Below, piece by piece: positions 37,201-46,792 of a stretch of DNA of 63,686 nucleotides. Below the pieces are notes generated by a model. That model was not told the origin of the DNA. It saw nothing but the letters and a program-made list of their open reading frames with translations, and ran no database searches. Position 1 is the first letter of the stretch; the number at the start of each line of letters is the position of its first letter. The position numbers and the translations under genes are program-made. Source of the stretch: Perkinsus chesapeaki ATCC PRA-425 (Eukaryota > Protista > Perkinsozoa); the NCBI GenBank assembly GCA_013115145.1, contig JAAPAO010000143.1:1-63686 (forward strand), given 5' to 3'.

Positions 37201-37249
37201 GCCGCCGCCGCCGGGAGCCGGAAGCACTGGTCTTCTCTTTCAGTGCTAA
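22237..37249 (+). CDS. POLE: DNA polymerase epsilon catalytic subunit A (Pol2), many exons
   Basis: Exo[15 protein letters not shown], Exo[38 protein letters not shown], Exo[16 protein letters not shown], motif [21 protein letters not shown], motif [22 protein letters not shown], motif [27 protein letters not shown]-like QKKITDMF and C-terminal Cys motif [22 protein letters not shown]. Confidence 0.97.
25482..25529 (+). other. 48-nt POLE intron carrying an antisense tRNA 3' end
   Basis: GTACGGAGGAGCCGGGGATCGAACTCGCGACCGCCTTTTGAACCGTAG; the reverse complement reads GGTC-GCGAG-TTCGATC-CCCGG-CTCCTCC. It splits conserved YCK|YIHDFVF. Length is a multiple of 3 without a stop, so an in-frame insertion cannot be fully excluded. 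Confidence 0.75.
29058..29137 (+). tRNA. trnL-TAG: tRNA-Leu (anticodon TAG), intact, inside a 138-nt POLE intron (29012-29149), sense orientation
   Basis: Acceptor GACAGTT/AGCTGTC, D-arm GCC/GGC, anticodon stem GTGGC/GCCAT with loop TT-TAG-GC, variable arm CC-GAAA-GG, T-arm GCGGG-TTCGAAC-CCCGC, discriminator A. Flanking exons join WLE|VLDTKG. Confidence 0.95.
29509..29800. repeat. 33-bp tandem minisatellite in a POLE intron (29470-29873), spanning an assembly gap (N 29603-29702)
   Basis: Unit TACCTTTACTTTTA(A/G)CAAGTCCCTTTATATCTA; exons join KTT|YLRKW around it. Confidence 0.95.
34537..34579 (+). other. 43-nt POLE intron carrying an antisense tRNA 3' end
   Basis: GTAACCCTACTGGGATTCGAACCTGTGCACCATTGCTGCTCAG; the reverse complement reads ACAGG-TTCGAAT-CCCAG-TAGGGTT-A. 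Removal joins STK|[16 protein letters not shown] in frame. Confidence 0.8.
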
Positions 37250-37349
37250 AGTCTCTTTTGTTATTCATGCACTCGTTTCTAACATATCATTTAATTCGCT
37301 AAGTATAGAGGTATATTTGCGTTGTTACATATAACCATGAGCCGGTGAT

Positions 37350-37937
37350 GTGATTAGGGAAGGTATCAGCTGCTGCTGCTGCTACGATGGGAAGCTCACG
37401 GATGAAAACATGAGCTTCGAGATACGCATGGTTGGGGTTGGCTCGAGCTGCCCGGTGGGGTATACTCATCAAGGGGTACGGTCTAAATTGATGAAACTGG
37501 AAACCAGCTTAGAGCCTAAGCTCTTATCGCATCTGCGAATGCATACAGTGGGCGAATACAACTGCTTCGACAACCGCTGTCAGCAAACAAACATAAACTG
37601 GTTGTTTGTTTTTGGCCTGTCATACCGGCCATCACAGGAGCCGGCAGCGGTGTCCGGTTTGTTGTACGTAGACGGTAACCGCTGCTCTGGAAGCTTGCTC
37701 TTTTGCTTTCAATGCACCAACTAGCATGCATCCCAGCTCCTTCAACCGCTTGTTGAAGCGGTGTCTAACCTTGTGCGGAGTGCCTAAGCCCACCTCTTTC
37801 AGTCCCCATGCTCTAAGGAGAGGTAGAACAGATGATCTTCACAAAGCTAGCGCCTCCGAATCGGAGGCTCTGATGACTTGATCGATCTAGCTGGCGGCCG
37901 AACTTGCTCCATCACTAAACGCTTCTACATTTCGTAA
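37350..37937 (+). mobile_element. Degenerate tyrosine recombinase (DIRS/Ngaro/Crypton-like) relic
   Basis: KLTD...GSSCPV in ORF 37350-37724; FNRLLKRCLTLCGVPKPTSFSPHALRRG (HxxR at 37807-37818); then stop- and frameshift-broken ...KRFYIS* where the catalytic Tyr is expected. Confidence 0.7.
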
Positions 37938-38750
37938 CATCATTCTCGGGTTTCCCAACCTTTTGCGTTTGATTTCAAGTCTGTTAACTTCAGCGCGTCG
38001 TCTCCGAAAGTCCTACCCTCCTCTAGTGTCTTTTCAGTTCAACATATACTATGATAGTTCTATCGTGGGGAGGCAGACATAAGCCTACCACCGAGCGACC
38101 CCATTAGAAATTCTTGACATCCTTTCTGTCGATTGCCACTAGGCCTCCTCGTTATCCGCACGACTACAGTCTAGGGGAAACTCGGCGGCTCGGAGCCAAC
38201 CTGACAGGGCCACTTTAACTCATGAGAGGGCTACTTCAACTCATGAGAGGGCTACTTCAACTCAGAATCTATATCATCTCATTGGGGACATATATATATT
38301 CTAGTTTCAGTATCACTTTTACGCTGAGACTCGGACCATGGCGGCGATCGGTTCGAGCCTCTCCCCAACAATCGTGGTTAGAAACGAGAGCCCTCATGGT
38401 CCCAGGTAGCGTGATCGATGATATTGTATGATCACTTGGTCAAAGGACAAGCGGTATAGCCGGACTGTCGATCGCTCTCCGAAGAAGTCTCACGGTTTTG
38501 ACCCCCTGTCGCGGAATGGTAATTTTCGTGACAGACAACATCGAACGCGCAGTCTTGTTTTGTGGCAACTGTCCCCATTGTGTTCTGAGAGATTTGTTCC
38601 CGTTGTTTCTGTGCTAGGATCCATTTAGCCGGGACAAGCTAAGAATCTTCCGGCATATCCAAGCGAGCTTGACGTTAACAGTAATCACCTTTTTCGGATC
38701 GTTATTTACATTTCAGTTTCTTTTTAATAATTTTACCAAACTCAATAAAT

Positions 38751-39734
38751 ATGACTGCAGAAAACAATATGAAGGTTACTCTTATCGGTGCTTCTGGTGC
38801 CATCGGAAAGCCATTATCTATGTTATTAAAGATAAACCCTCTCATCACTGAATTGGCTCTCTATGATGTTCACCAAGCTCGTATTCCTGTTGCCGGTATT
38901 GCTGCTGATGATTCTCATATCAACACCCCGGCTAAGGTCAAGGCATACGTTGATCCTGAACAGCTCCCTGAAGCTGTCACTGGCAGTAGCGTTATAGTTG
39001 TATGTGCTGGTATTGCTCAGAAACCTGGTATGTCTCGTGAGGATCTCTTTGGTATCGATGCTGGTATTATGCGTGACATCGCTAGGACTTGTGCGAAATA
39101 TGCTCCAAAGGCGATGATGTGCATTATGTCTAATCCCGAGACTTCTCTCGTTCCCCTAACTGCTGAGATTTACAAGGAAGCCGGTGTCTACGATCGTAAG
39201 AAGCTCCTTGGCATTACAACTCTCGATGTCACCCGTGCTAGAACATTCTATGCTGATGCCACTGGACTTAATGTTGAAGAAGTTGATGTTCCAGTTGTTG
39301 GCGGTCATGGTGGATGTGCTATCCTTGCTTTGTTCTCTCATGCTTCTCCTTATGTCAAATTGGATGACAAGACTATTGAATCTTTGGATCAACATGTTCA
39401 GACGGCTGTTACTGAAGTCGTCGATGCTCTAGCTGGTGCAGGTTCAGCCTCGTTGTCTATGGCGTACTCTGCAGCTGAGTTGGTTGATGTTGTCATTCGT
39501 GGTTTAAAGGGTCAGAACACTTCGGCCTGTGCCTATGTTAACTGGCCTTATCAAGGATGTGATTTCTTCGCCCAAGTTACCGACTTCGGTACCGATGGAA
39601 TTGAAGGTGTTCACAATATTGATAATTTAAGTCCATTTGAAGAGAAGAGGATGACAGAGACTGTTGAGAAAGTGAAGGAAGATGTTAAGAAGGGTGTTGA
39701 TTATGCTCAATCGCAACAACAACAGCATCAGTAA
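38751..39734 (+). CDS. mdh: MDH/LDH-superfamily 2-hydroxyacid dehydrogenase of the mitochondrial/E. coli MDH type, intronless, with atypical substrate loop
   Basis: 327-aa ORF: GASGAIGKPLS Rossmann motif, LYDV, AGIAQKPGMSREDLF loop, TTLDVTRA (catalytic Asp, Arg), VVGGHGG (catalytic His), AGSASLSMA. Confidence 0.93.
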   Translation: MTAENNMKVTLIGASGAIGKPLSMLLKINPLITELALYDVHQARIPVAGIAADDSHINTPAKVKAYVDPEQLPEAVTGSSVIVVCAGIAQKPGMSREDLFGIDAGIMRDIARTCAKYAPKAMMCIMSNPETSLVPLTAEIYKEAGVYDRKKLLGITTLDVTRARTFYADATGLNVEEVDVPVVGGHGGCAILALFSHASPYVKLDDKTIESLDQHVQTAVTEVVDALAGAGSASLSMAYSAAELVDVVIRGLKGQNTSACAYVNWPYQGCDFFAQVTDFGTDGIEGVHNIDNLSPFEEKRMTETVEKVKEDVKKGVDYAQSQQQQHQ

Positions 39735-40610
39735 AGAAATGATTTTGTATATTCCTATTATTAGGATATTAAGTTCTATTTTAACTTATGAAAGCCGTAA
39801 TTCAGGCTTGATTAACCTCGAGCAATGTGTAAGCTCTAGTAGACAGATGAGCTCTCTGTCCAATTTAATGATCTTTGAGTTATGAGTGATTCGACTTAGT
39901 GTGACGTACTGTTGTTGCTAAAGCGACAGGAGAGACACTATTTGAAACGTCGATCTATGACATAATCACAGATCTGAACGTCTGATCATGGACGATGCTA
40001 CTGCCAACTAACTCCCTTGCAACAGAGTTCAGAGACGCCGGTGCAACGTTAGGATAACCTTCGTAGAAGCCCAGCCACGTTCACGTCATGGAGCACCATC
40101 AATAGTCAAACCGACGAGGTATTGACATGATCACACGAACCCTCTTCGAGCGGGAGCCATTCACAATCATTCGTATCGCGGCAGCGTCTGTCCAACACTG
40201 CTGTATGTTATCTACACAATTGCATGCATACCTCGGACGAACTTCCTTGGAGCCAAGGCGCCACCATTAGTTATTCCATCTTCGCACAGGGTTTAACGTG
40301 AATATGACTTCCAATAAGTATTTTTGGTCTCCGTATTCGCAGCCGTCGAATATACCTCGGTACATTTCACGTCAGTGCTGGCAGTACCATCACCAGCCCC
40401 TTGAAGGGTGCTGTGAGAGCTCGGGATCCCATGGTGTGGGAGCTCAGCACAACGCGATCGTGTCTCCATCCGCTCCATCTGAAACCAGAACTTGGAGCGT
40501 GACAGTCTCCATGATGAGGCATCCAAGAAAAACAAGGCCGATATTTCCCATAGCCTGTAGTGCCCAGCGTGTGAAAGTTTTATAGCTCTCAACTGCACGG
40601 TACGTCTCGG

Positions 40611-41555
40611 GTGAACGCCCGCGACCCGCGTGAGCGATCCCCTCGGAGTAGCTGCTCTCCTGGGGTGCAGCACGTTGCGCGGACAGAGACGTGGCGTGGA
40701 CAGAGACGTGGCGCTATGCAACTACAAATGCAACCGAACTTCTCGACGTCAACTATGGAGCTCGTGCCTTCAAGCCATAAGCGGCGTCAGTTACGAGGAG
40801 AAAGCTGCTGTGATTTGAAGGACAACTCTGACTTCAGCTCGGAGACGCTTCTAAGCCATCCGACGTATACTAAGGCTGGAAGATGGTTCCGTGTTATCAT
40901 GTCACTAACCCTTACGGGCTTAGCTATGTATGTTGCCCTTAGCCTTGGCTTTATTTTATCGGTCGACTATATAATCGAGGCATATGTTTATCAGTGGAGG
41001 GTGGATTTACGAAGCCTCGAGGTTAGTCCCGACCCAGCCTCATTTGTTAACTCTACCGATAACACCCCTACATGTCTTACCTTTGGCTCCAACGATTACG
41101 TTAACATATCTTTTGTGGTATCGATAACTAACAATCCATCATGGTTGGAAGTTGACGTAGAATCGGTGGACTTGATAGAGCCCGACGTAACCCCTGCCTT
41201 GTTTAGAGTTTCGACCCCGCCTCTCAAAGGTGAAAATACGGTCTTAGCTCGATTGATAATGAGATCTGATTTCATGCGGCGGCAGCAGTATACGAGGCTG
41301 TGGAATATGAAATCGGTGCGATGCATTCCCGCAAACCTGACTCTCTTAACTAGGTTTACTATCTTCGGCTACCAGAGTAGCACACTTTTCGACGTAGTAG
41401 CATCGTCAGCATGCGTTGCTGCTAACAGAGAGCTGACCTTCGCGGAAACCCATCCTAACTCTGCGTTGCCTCCCGCCGTGGTTGGCAAAATAAATGGAGT
41501 TTACTCTTTTCGTGAATCAAACACTGCCGCCTTACTTTACGACTGCTATTGTTAG
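40611..41555 (+). CDS. Intronless hypothetical single-pass membrane protein (possibly LEA_2-like beta-sandwich); likely start ATG 40716
   Basis: 314-aa ORF with one hydrophobic helix (VIMSLTLTGLAMYVALSLGFILSV) followed by beta-rich segments (YVNISFVVSITNNPSWLEVDV). The fold call is a guess. Confidence 0.55.
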   Translation: MNARDPRERSPRSSCSPGVQHVARTETWRGQRRGAMQLQMQPNFSTSTMELVPSSHKRRQLRGESCCDLKDNSDFSSETLLSHPTYTKAGRWFRVIMSLTLTGLAMYVALSLGFILSVDYIIEAYVYQWRVDLRSLEVSPDPASFVNSTDNTPTCLTFGSNDYVNISFVVSITNNPSWLEVDVESVDLIEPDVTPALFRVSTPPLKGENTVLARLIMRSDFMRRQQYTRLWNMKSVRCIPANLTLLTRFTIFGYQSSTLFDVVASSACVAANRELTFAETHPNSALPPAVVGKINGVYSFRESNTAALLYDCYC

Positions 41556-41568
41556 CTTTTTGGCACAT

Positions 41569-41812
41569 GTTGAGAAGGTGAAGGAAGATGTTAAGGAGGG
41601 TGCTGAATCAACATGGTTGATCATGCTCGGTCACCACACGGAAGACACGGACAACAGCAACACGGAAGAAGCCACTTTGTATATTTCTATTACTAGGATG
41701 TTAAGTCTTATTCTAACTTGTGAAAGCCGTACTTCAGGCTTAATAGCTCTGAGCAATCTATAAGCTCTAGTAGACAGATGAGCTCTCTGTCCAGTACGAT
41801 GGTCCTTGAGTT
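41569..41812 (+). pseudogene. Diverged copy of the MDH last codons and 3' UTR
   Basis: GTTGAGAAGGTGAAGGAAGATGTTAAG...TAAGCTCTAGTAGACAGATGAGCTCTCTGTCCA matches 39663-39883. Confidence 0.85.
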
Positions 41813-42468
41813 ATATATGAGTGAAGTACAGTGCGTTTGCTACACAGTCTTTAAGTGACTGCAGAACCATTATGTTGGCGGGTCCGACGCGTTGTATTAT
41901 GAACTTTTCTACTTCTGACTGATTGTATAACGCCTGCAGCAGAGCTCAGCGACGCTAGTGCGAAGTTAGGGTAAGCTTAGGTGAAGCTCAGCCTTCTGCT
42001 CACAGTAACGAATGCCACGGGCACAAGGCTCAGTGCTGAACGCAATAGGTGGATTGCTCATCAAGCGGAAGGCACTCGCACATGGCGTAAAGAAAAACGG
42101 CCATCTAGGTTGTGGACAGCCAATTGTGCAAACGTATCCACCGGACAGTGGGTGTCTTGCCTGATATAGGAACACATTTCTCTAGGAATATTTCTATCAT
42201 CTGACCGCATTAGGAACACATTGCTGTGAGGCGAGATAAGTCCTTCCTTGGAGCGGGAGCCATTCCCCATCATTCGTATCGTCATAGCGTCTGCTCAACA
42301 CTGAGGCCACTTAGAGCACGAAAACACAAACTCCATGCTAGAAAAACTGAATGTTGCGCGCAAGAAATAACGTTTGACACACTTTTATTGAGACAAGGCG
42401 CCACTAAGGATTTAACTGGAATATGATCTCCAATCATTATTCTTAATCTCAGCGGTCAAGTATAACTA

Positions 42469-42702
42469 GGCATTATGCGTGATATCGCTAGGACTTGTGC
42501 GAAATATGCTCCAAAGGCTATGATGTGCATTATGTCTAATCCCGAGACTTCTCTCGTTCCCCTAACTGCTGAGATCTACAAGGAAGCCGGTGTCTATGAT
42601 CGTAAGAGGCTTCTCGGCATTACAACTCTCGATGTCACTCGTGCTAGAACATTCTACGCTGATGCCACTGGACTTAATGTTGAAGAAGTTGATGTTCCAG
42701 TT
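42469..42702 (+). pseudogene. Internal MDH fragment, near-identical to 39063-39296
   Basis: GIMRDIARTCAKY...VEEVDVPV with mostly synonymous differences and one K-to-R change; lacks both ends. Confidence 0.92.
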
Positions 42703-43059
42703 CGATTCGTGCCGTGACCAACTCCAAAAACACAAAGCATGTAATATCGTATCAAAGGAAGGGTGCAATGATGAACGAGTCTCTACTGACGACGTGGGGA
42801 TCGTGAACGGCTGCGGTTCCTACGACGAGAGTATCAAAATGAATCCTATCAACTGCTGCAGGCTCACCTCATTCTCCGATCCTTCGCGGTGCCTGTCGCA
42901 ACATCTTGCCTGAAAATACAATTGTGGTGGACTCCAAACGATGACACATACAACGACTCGGCACCCCTACGCTCGTAATACCCTACTCTTTTATCAGCAT
43001 CTTCTTCATATCCTTTAGCATCCCTCGCACCTGTTAGAGACTCCCAAAATCACCAGCTA

Positions 43060-43867
43060 CTAATGAAGCTTACCTCTGCCCCTCAAGGCTTCATCTGCTG
43101 CCGCTTCTGCCGCCTTTGCTGCGGATTCGACAGCCTGACGCTGAGCTAATGGATCGTATCTGATCAACGGTGATGACTTGCCATCATTTACCTCCTTATC
43201 CTTACCGATGCCTCTTATGTTTATTCTTCTTCTTTTTCCTGCCAAACTCATCCAGCGATTCATTATCGGAATCGTGCCTCTCCCGGTCAGTCGGATCCTG
43301 CCTATCATAGTGGCCTCCGCTTTGGCCTTCTCGGCTCTCCTGACCAGCAACGTCGCCCCCCCCATCCAAAAAGACGCTTGACTCTACCTGCAGTTGCGGC
43401 TGTAGCGTATTGCACATATTGCATCTCTCTCGCCAGTCCCAATTCACGTTACCGCACCCTGTGCAGACCCAGTCACCTAAGCACAATTCGGAAATATTCC
43501 CCACAGAGCGGTGTACGCCCTTACCCTTCTTGAAGAGCCCAGGAGGACCGCCTAGACTCGGCACTTCAGGTTGGACGATCTAAAACAAGGTACATGCATT
43601 CCTTCGATTTCGATGAACTCACCGGTTTAGGAGTATCACATCGATTACACCGCGACCGCTTTTCATAGTTCCAGTGACGGCAGGTGACGTTGGGACATTG
43701 CCAATCATTAGGCCGGCCTGACGGCGCCCTGAGACACAAGGAATGATGGAAGATGCCTTTGATTAAGACTCTTACTTCTTTACTTGCTGCTGAGCTTGCA
43801 GCATCTGCTGTACCTGGGCATGAGTATATCCTGGCGGAGGAGGATAGGACACGCCTGGAGGGTTCAT
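43060..43867 (-). CDS. RanBP2-type (zf-RanBP) double zinc-finger RNA-binding protein, ZRANB2-like, multi-exon
   Basis: MNPPGVSYPPPPG start; NDWQCPNVTCRHWNYEKRSRCNRCDTPKP; GGPPGLFKK|GDWVCTGCGNVNWDWRERCNMC; REGQSGGHYDR...DEFGRKKKK. Confidence 0.85.
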
Positions 43868-44284
43868 GATAAATAGGGTAACACTGAGATTGTCGATGAG
43901 GGAGTGGTAACGCGACAACGGTAACGTAGGAAATATACAAACCGTGCTTTACTATTAGCCTTTACCATGAAACTATCACTCCCCGAATTGAACCCTAGAA
44001 GGCCGTGTGGTGCCCTCATCAGCTGCTGGCACAGTGGAAGATTCAGGGCGGGTCAGATCCGCCTTCATGGAGAACAGACGCCTCGGGCGGATACTGTGTC
44101 GGTCAGCCAATGCTCGTATACGCCTGAAAATGCACTTCACTATTCAATGTGTGGCGATGCACCTGTTGGTGGAAGGAGACATTTCACGGAATTCCAGCCG
44201 ATTTAGATAACTTCCAACACTGAGTGTGTTGTGAGGGAAATTACGTCTCTATCATATAAATATGAGGTGTGCTAAAATGAACCA

Positions 44285-46516
44285 TCACCTGTAGATGGAA
44301 CCAACAAGGGCACCGTTCTCGCCGAACCTATCCTTCAGGTCACTCTCCTTCAAGAGGAGCAAGTCACAAAACCTTAGTCGGGCCGAGAACAACTTCCCGG
44401 AGGGGATCCCAAACTGTGAGGAGAGTTCTGCATTGAACTGCTCAAGTAGTGGATCACCTACGGAGTCATTCCACAAGACAACGACGGTCAACTCACTCGG
44501 CGACGGTGCAGCAACTATTGCGTCCTTGTTGGTTAAAGGCACAGGAGGGGGTCCTATGGAAGGGGCGACTACGAAAGTGGGCAGCATTGAAGACTACCCT
44601 CGGTGACTTCTCGATAGTCAACGAAATCAACTTCGGCTAGTCCAGCGAACGCACAATCATGAATACCGTCGACGAACGCCTGAGAGGTCGCGGGTTCGAT
44701 CCCCGAAGACGGAATTTTGCCGGTACCGTATGAACATGGTCAAGAGGTAGATCGTTCTTATCGTCACCGAACGGATTCTCCAACTCGACTGCGATCTGAT
44801 TGAGGCCCCAGTAGCCGAGGACAGCGAAAAACGAGAGGACAGGTGACAGTATTTTGCCTGTGAAAACAACAAGGGCGGTCGTCCACGGGAGGTCCCCCAC
44901 CGACAGTCATCTTGACGATCATTGTCGGGCAGATGATGGCGAATACCAACAAGAGTAGCGCTAGTAATTGGGCGAAGGGAAAGGGGAACGGGACAAGGGT
45001 GACCTGGATCGACAGTTGGAAAGGGGGACGAGAGCGCTAACCTTGAGAGCTTGGTTGAATCCGAGCATACCGTTGGATATTTCCTGATAGCATCGGGAAA
45101 GCACAGGTGGTGGTACCTTACAAACTGGTGCGGACTGGTCTCCAGAGGTACCAGGAGTAACTTACGGTGATGATACCCTCAAGACAGCTACGAGAAACAC
45201 TCTCACTTATCCATCGGGCAACTACAAGAGATTTGTTACTGCACATGTCCAAGAATCTGACCTACGAAAACCAGAGTACAGACGGATGGCGCAGCTGAAA
45301 ATTGCAAGAAAACGCACCGGAGGGCGAATCGAACGCCTGCGCCTCCCGACGCCCCGGGATTTGAAGTCCCGGCCGAGCACCAGCCCGGGTCACCAGTGCA
45401 GCTGGTAATATCTCGCCGTTAGAAAATCAACACGCCGTCTCGGTGGGGTACCTCTTCCTCTGAACATTCTCCAACTACTGTTAACCGGGACGAATTATAG
45501 GCCTTCACATCTCCTATCTCGATGGCTCCTGATAAACCAATACCGAAGTACCAGGAGCCAATTCGACGGAGAACAACAGAATTGGGGATACGAACGGACT
45601 CGTCGGGAAAGGACAGTTTAGCTGTAAAAACGAAGACCCAAGTTTCATCGTAACGGTAAGGCACAGCTGCTAAGGACAAAAGACCAGCTTTACAAGCTGA
45701 GCTTGTCAGGGGAAAAGGATGAGAGCTACTTTGCGATCCTTCCAACATATGAGTAGGTGACACCATGAGGCTCGTCCTTGGCATGATCAACGACCCACGT
45801 CGTATCCCTCGTCGACCAGCTGCTCTGCCCTGCAGAAAGCTTCTTCTGCCCATGTGCTTATTGCTCTCCAATGGTCGGAATTTAAACCCGTTGACAAGGT
45901 CAACCTGCAATCCGACTCTGAAGGAGAACCCAATGAGTGCGGCGGAGCACCACCTCACTGCCGTTGAGCTGCATCATTGCAATGGCGCTGAGCAAAGTGA
46001 ACCAATGGAGAAGCTTCACTCTTAGAGACTCCACTTTCGCCAACTGACATGTTTTCAAACCGCCTAGACGGTGAGACTACAGTGTCGCCGTTCGTCGATC
46101 GTGCTCTGACGTTCAAGAAAGCGTTGATCTGCATGAACGCGTCTCCCCATTTAGAGACCATCACCTGTACATTCGTGATGCCCTCTCTATACCTAACTCC
46201 AGGTGCCAGTCTCACTCAAGACAAGAATGCCACGGTTACCGGCCGAGCGCCATATTGGTTCTAAATACGATAACGTAACCCAGAACGATAGCAAATATCT
46301 GCACAGCGAATGGATGGTCGATGGTAGGTGGAATGAACGGAAGGACGTCCAGTCCGAGACCTGGCAAAGAAGAGCTTATCTTCCAGCACGACAGAGTTCC
46401 CTACACATGGCGAGCACTGCGGCAGCGACAGCTGGGGGGATCGCTCGAGGGAAGACGGAACCAGATAGCTGGAGGATTAGCCGGAAAGCTGATTGTTTGT
46501 TGTCATACGTTATCAT
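44285..46516 (-). CDS. Bestrophin-family anion channel, paralog A, multi-exon
   Basis: MITYDNKQ...GSVFPRA; RYREGITNVQVMVSKWGDA; VPPPVLSRCYQEISNGMLGFNQALK|VTLVPFPFPFAQ; YWGLNQIAVELENPFGDDKNDLP. Confidence 0.92.
44680..44726 (-). other. 47-nt intron of bestrophin A carrying an antisense tRNA 3' end
   Basis: Plus strand GGTC-GCGGG-TTCGATC-CCCGA-AGACGGA-A-TTTT; minus-strand GT..AG removal joins LDHVHT|AFVDGIHD. Confidence 0.85.
45313..45399 (-). tRNA. trnU-TCA: Selenocysteine tRNA (tRNA-Sec, anticodon TCA) inside a 190-nt intron (45262-45451) of bestrophin A, sense orientation
   Basis: GCACTGGTG...CTCCGGTGC-G 9-bp acceptor with one U-U pair, 6-bp D-stem CCGGGC-TGGT-GCTCGG, 6-bp anticodon stem CCGGGA-CT-TCA-AA-TCCCGG, long variable arm, 4-bp T-stem GGCG-TTCGATT-CGCC: the eukaryotic 9/4 tRNA-Sec fold, followed by TTTT. 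Confidence 0.95.
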
Positions 46517-46792
46517 TGCAGAAGCACGTTGAAATCTGGGGTCTACCAATGCGCCGCACAGCAGCAGCAGCAGCAGCAGCAGTGAAGTCGCATAAAAAGC
46601 GTCATTGGAGCATTTCGAATGGAAACGGTTCAAACATGGTTCCCTAAGTTATGGACCATAACCAAGTTCGGATAAGTATAGTTCCTGAACGGAGAGTGAT
46701 GCCCTCGGGAATATCGAACAAGAAGTCATAGAGTAGAGCCTTGATACAGATAGGATCATGCTCACGGTGACATGGGAATGAAGCGACGAAGA

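Noticed and set aside
43978-44000. Weak tRNA-Asp-like 3' fragment (minus strand GGGTTCAATTCGGGGAG); similar weak hits at 24695-24712 and 55962-55984
   Set aside because: Spacing and T-stem do not fit the tRNA geometry shown by the accepted copies.
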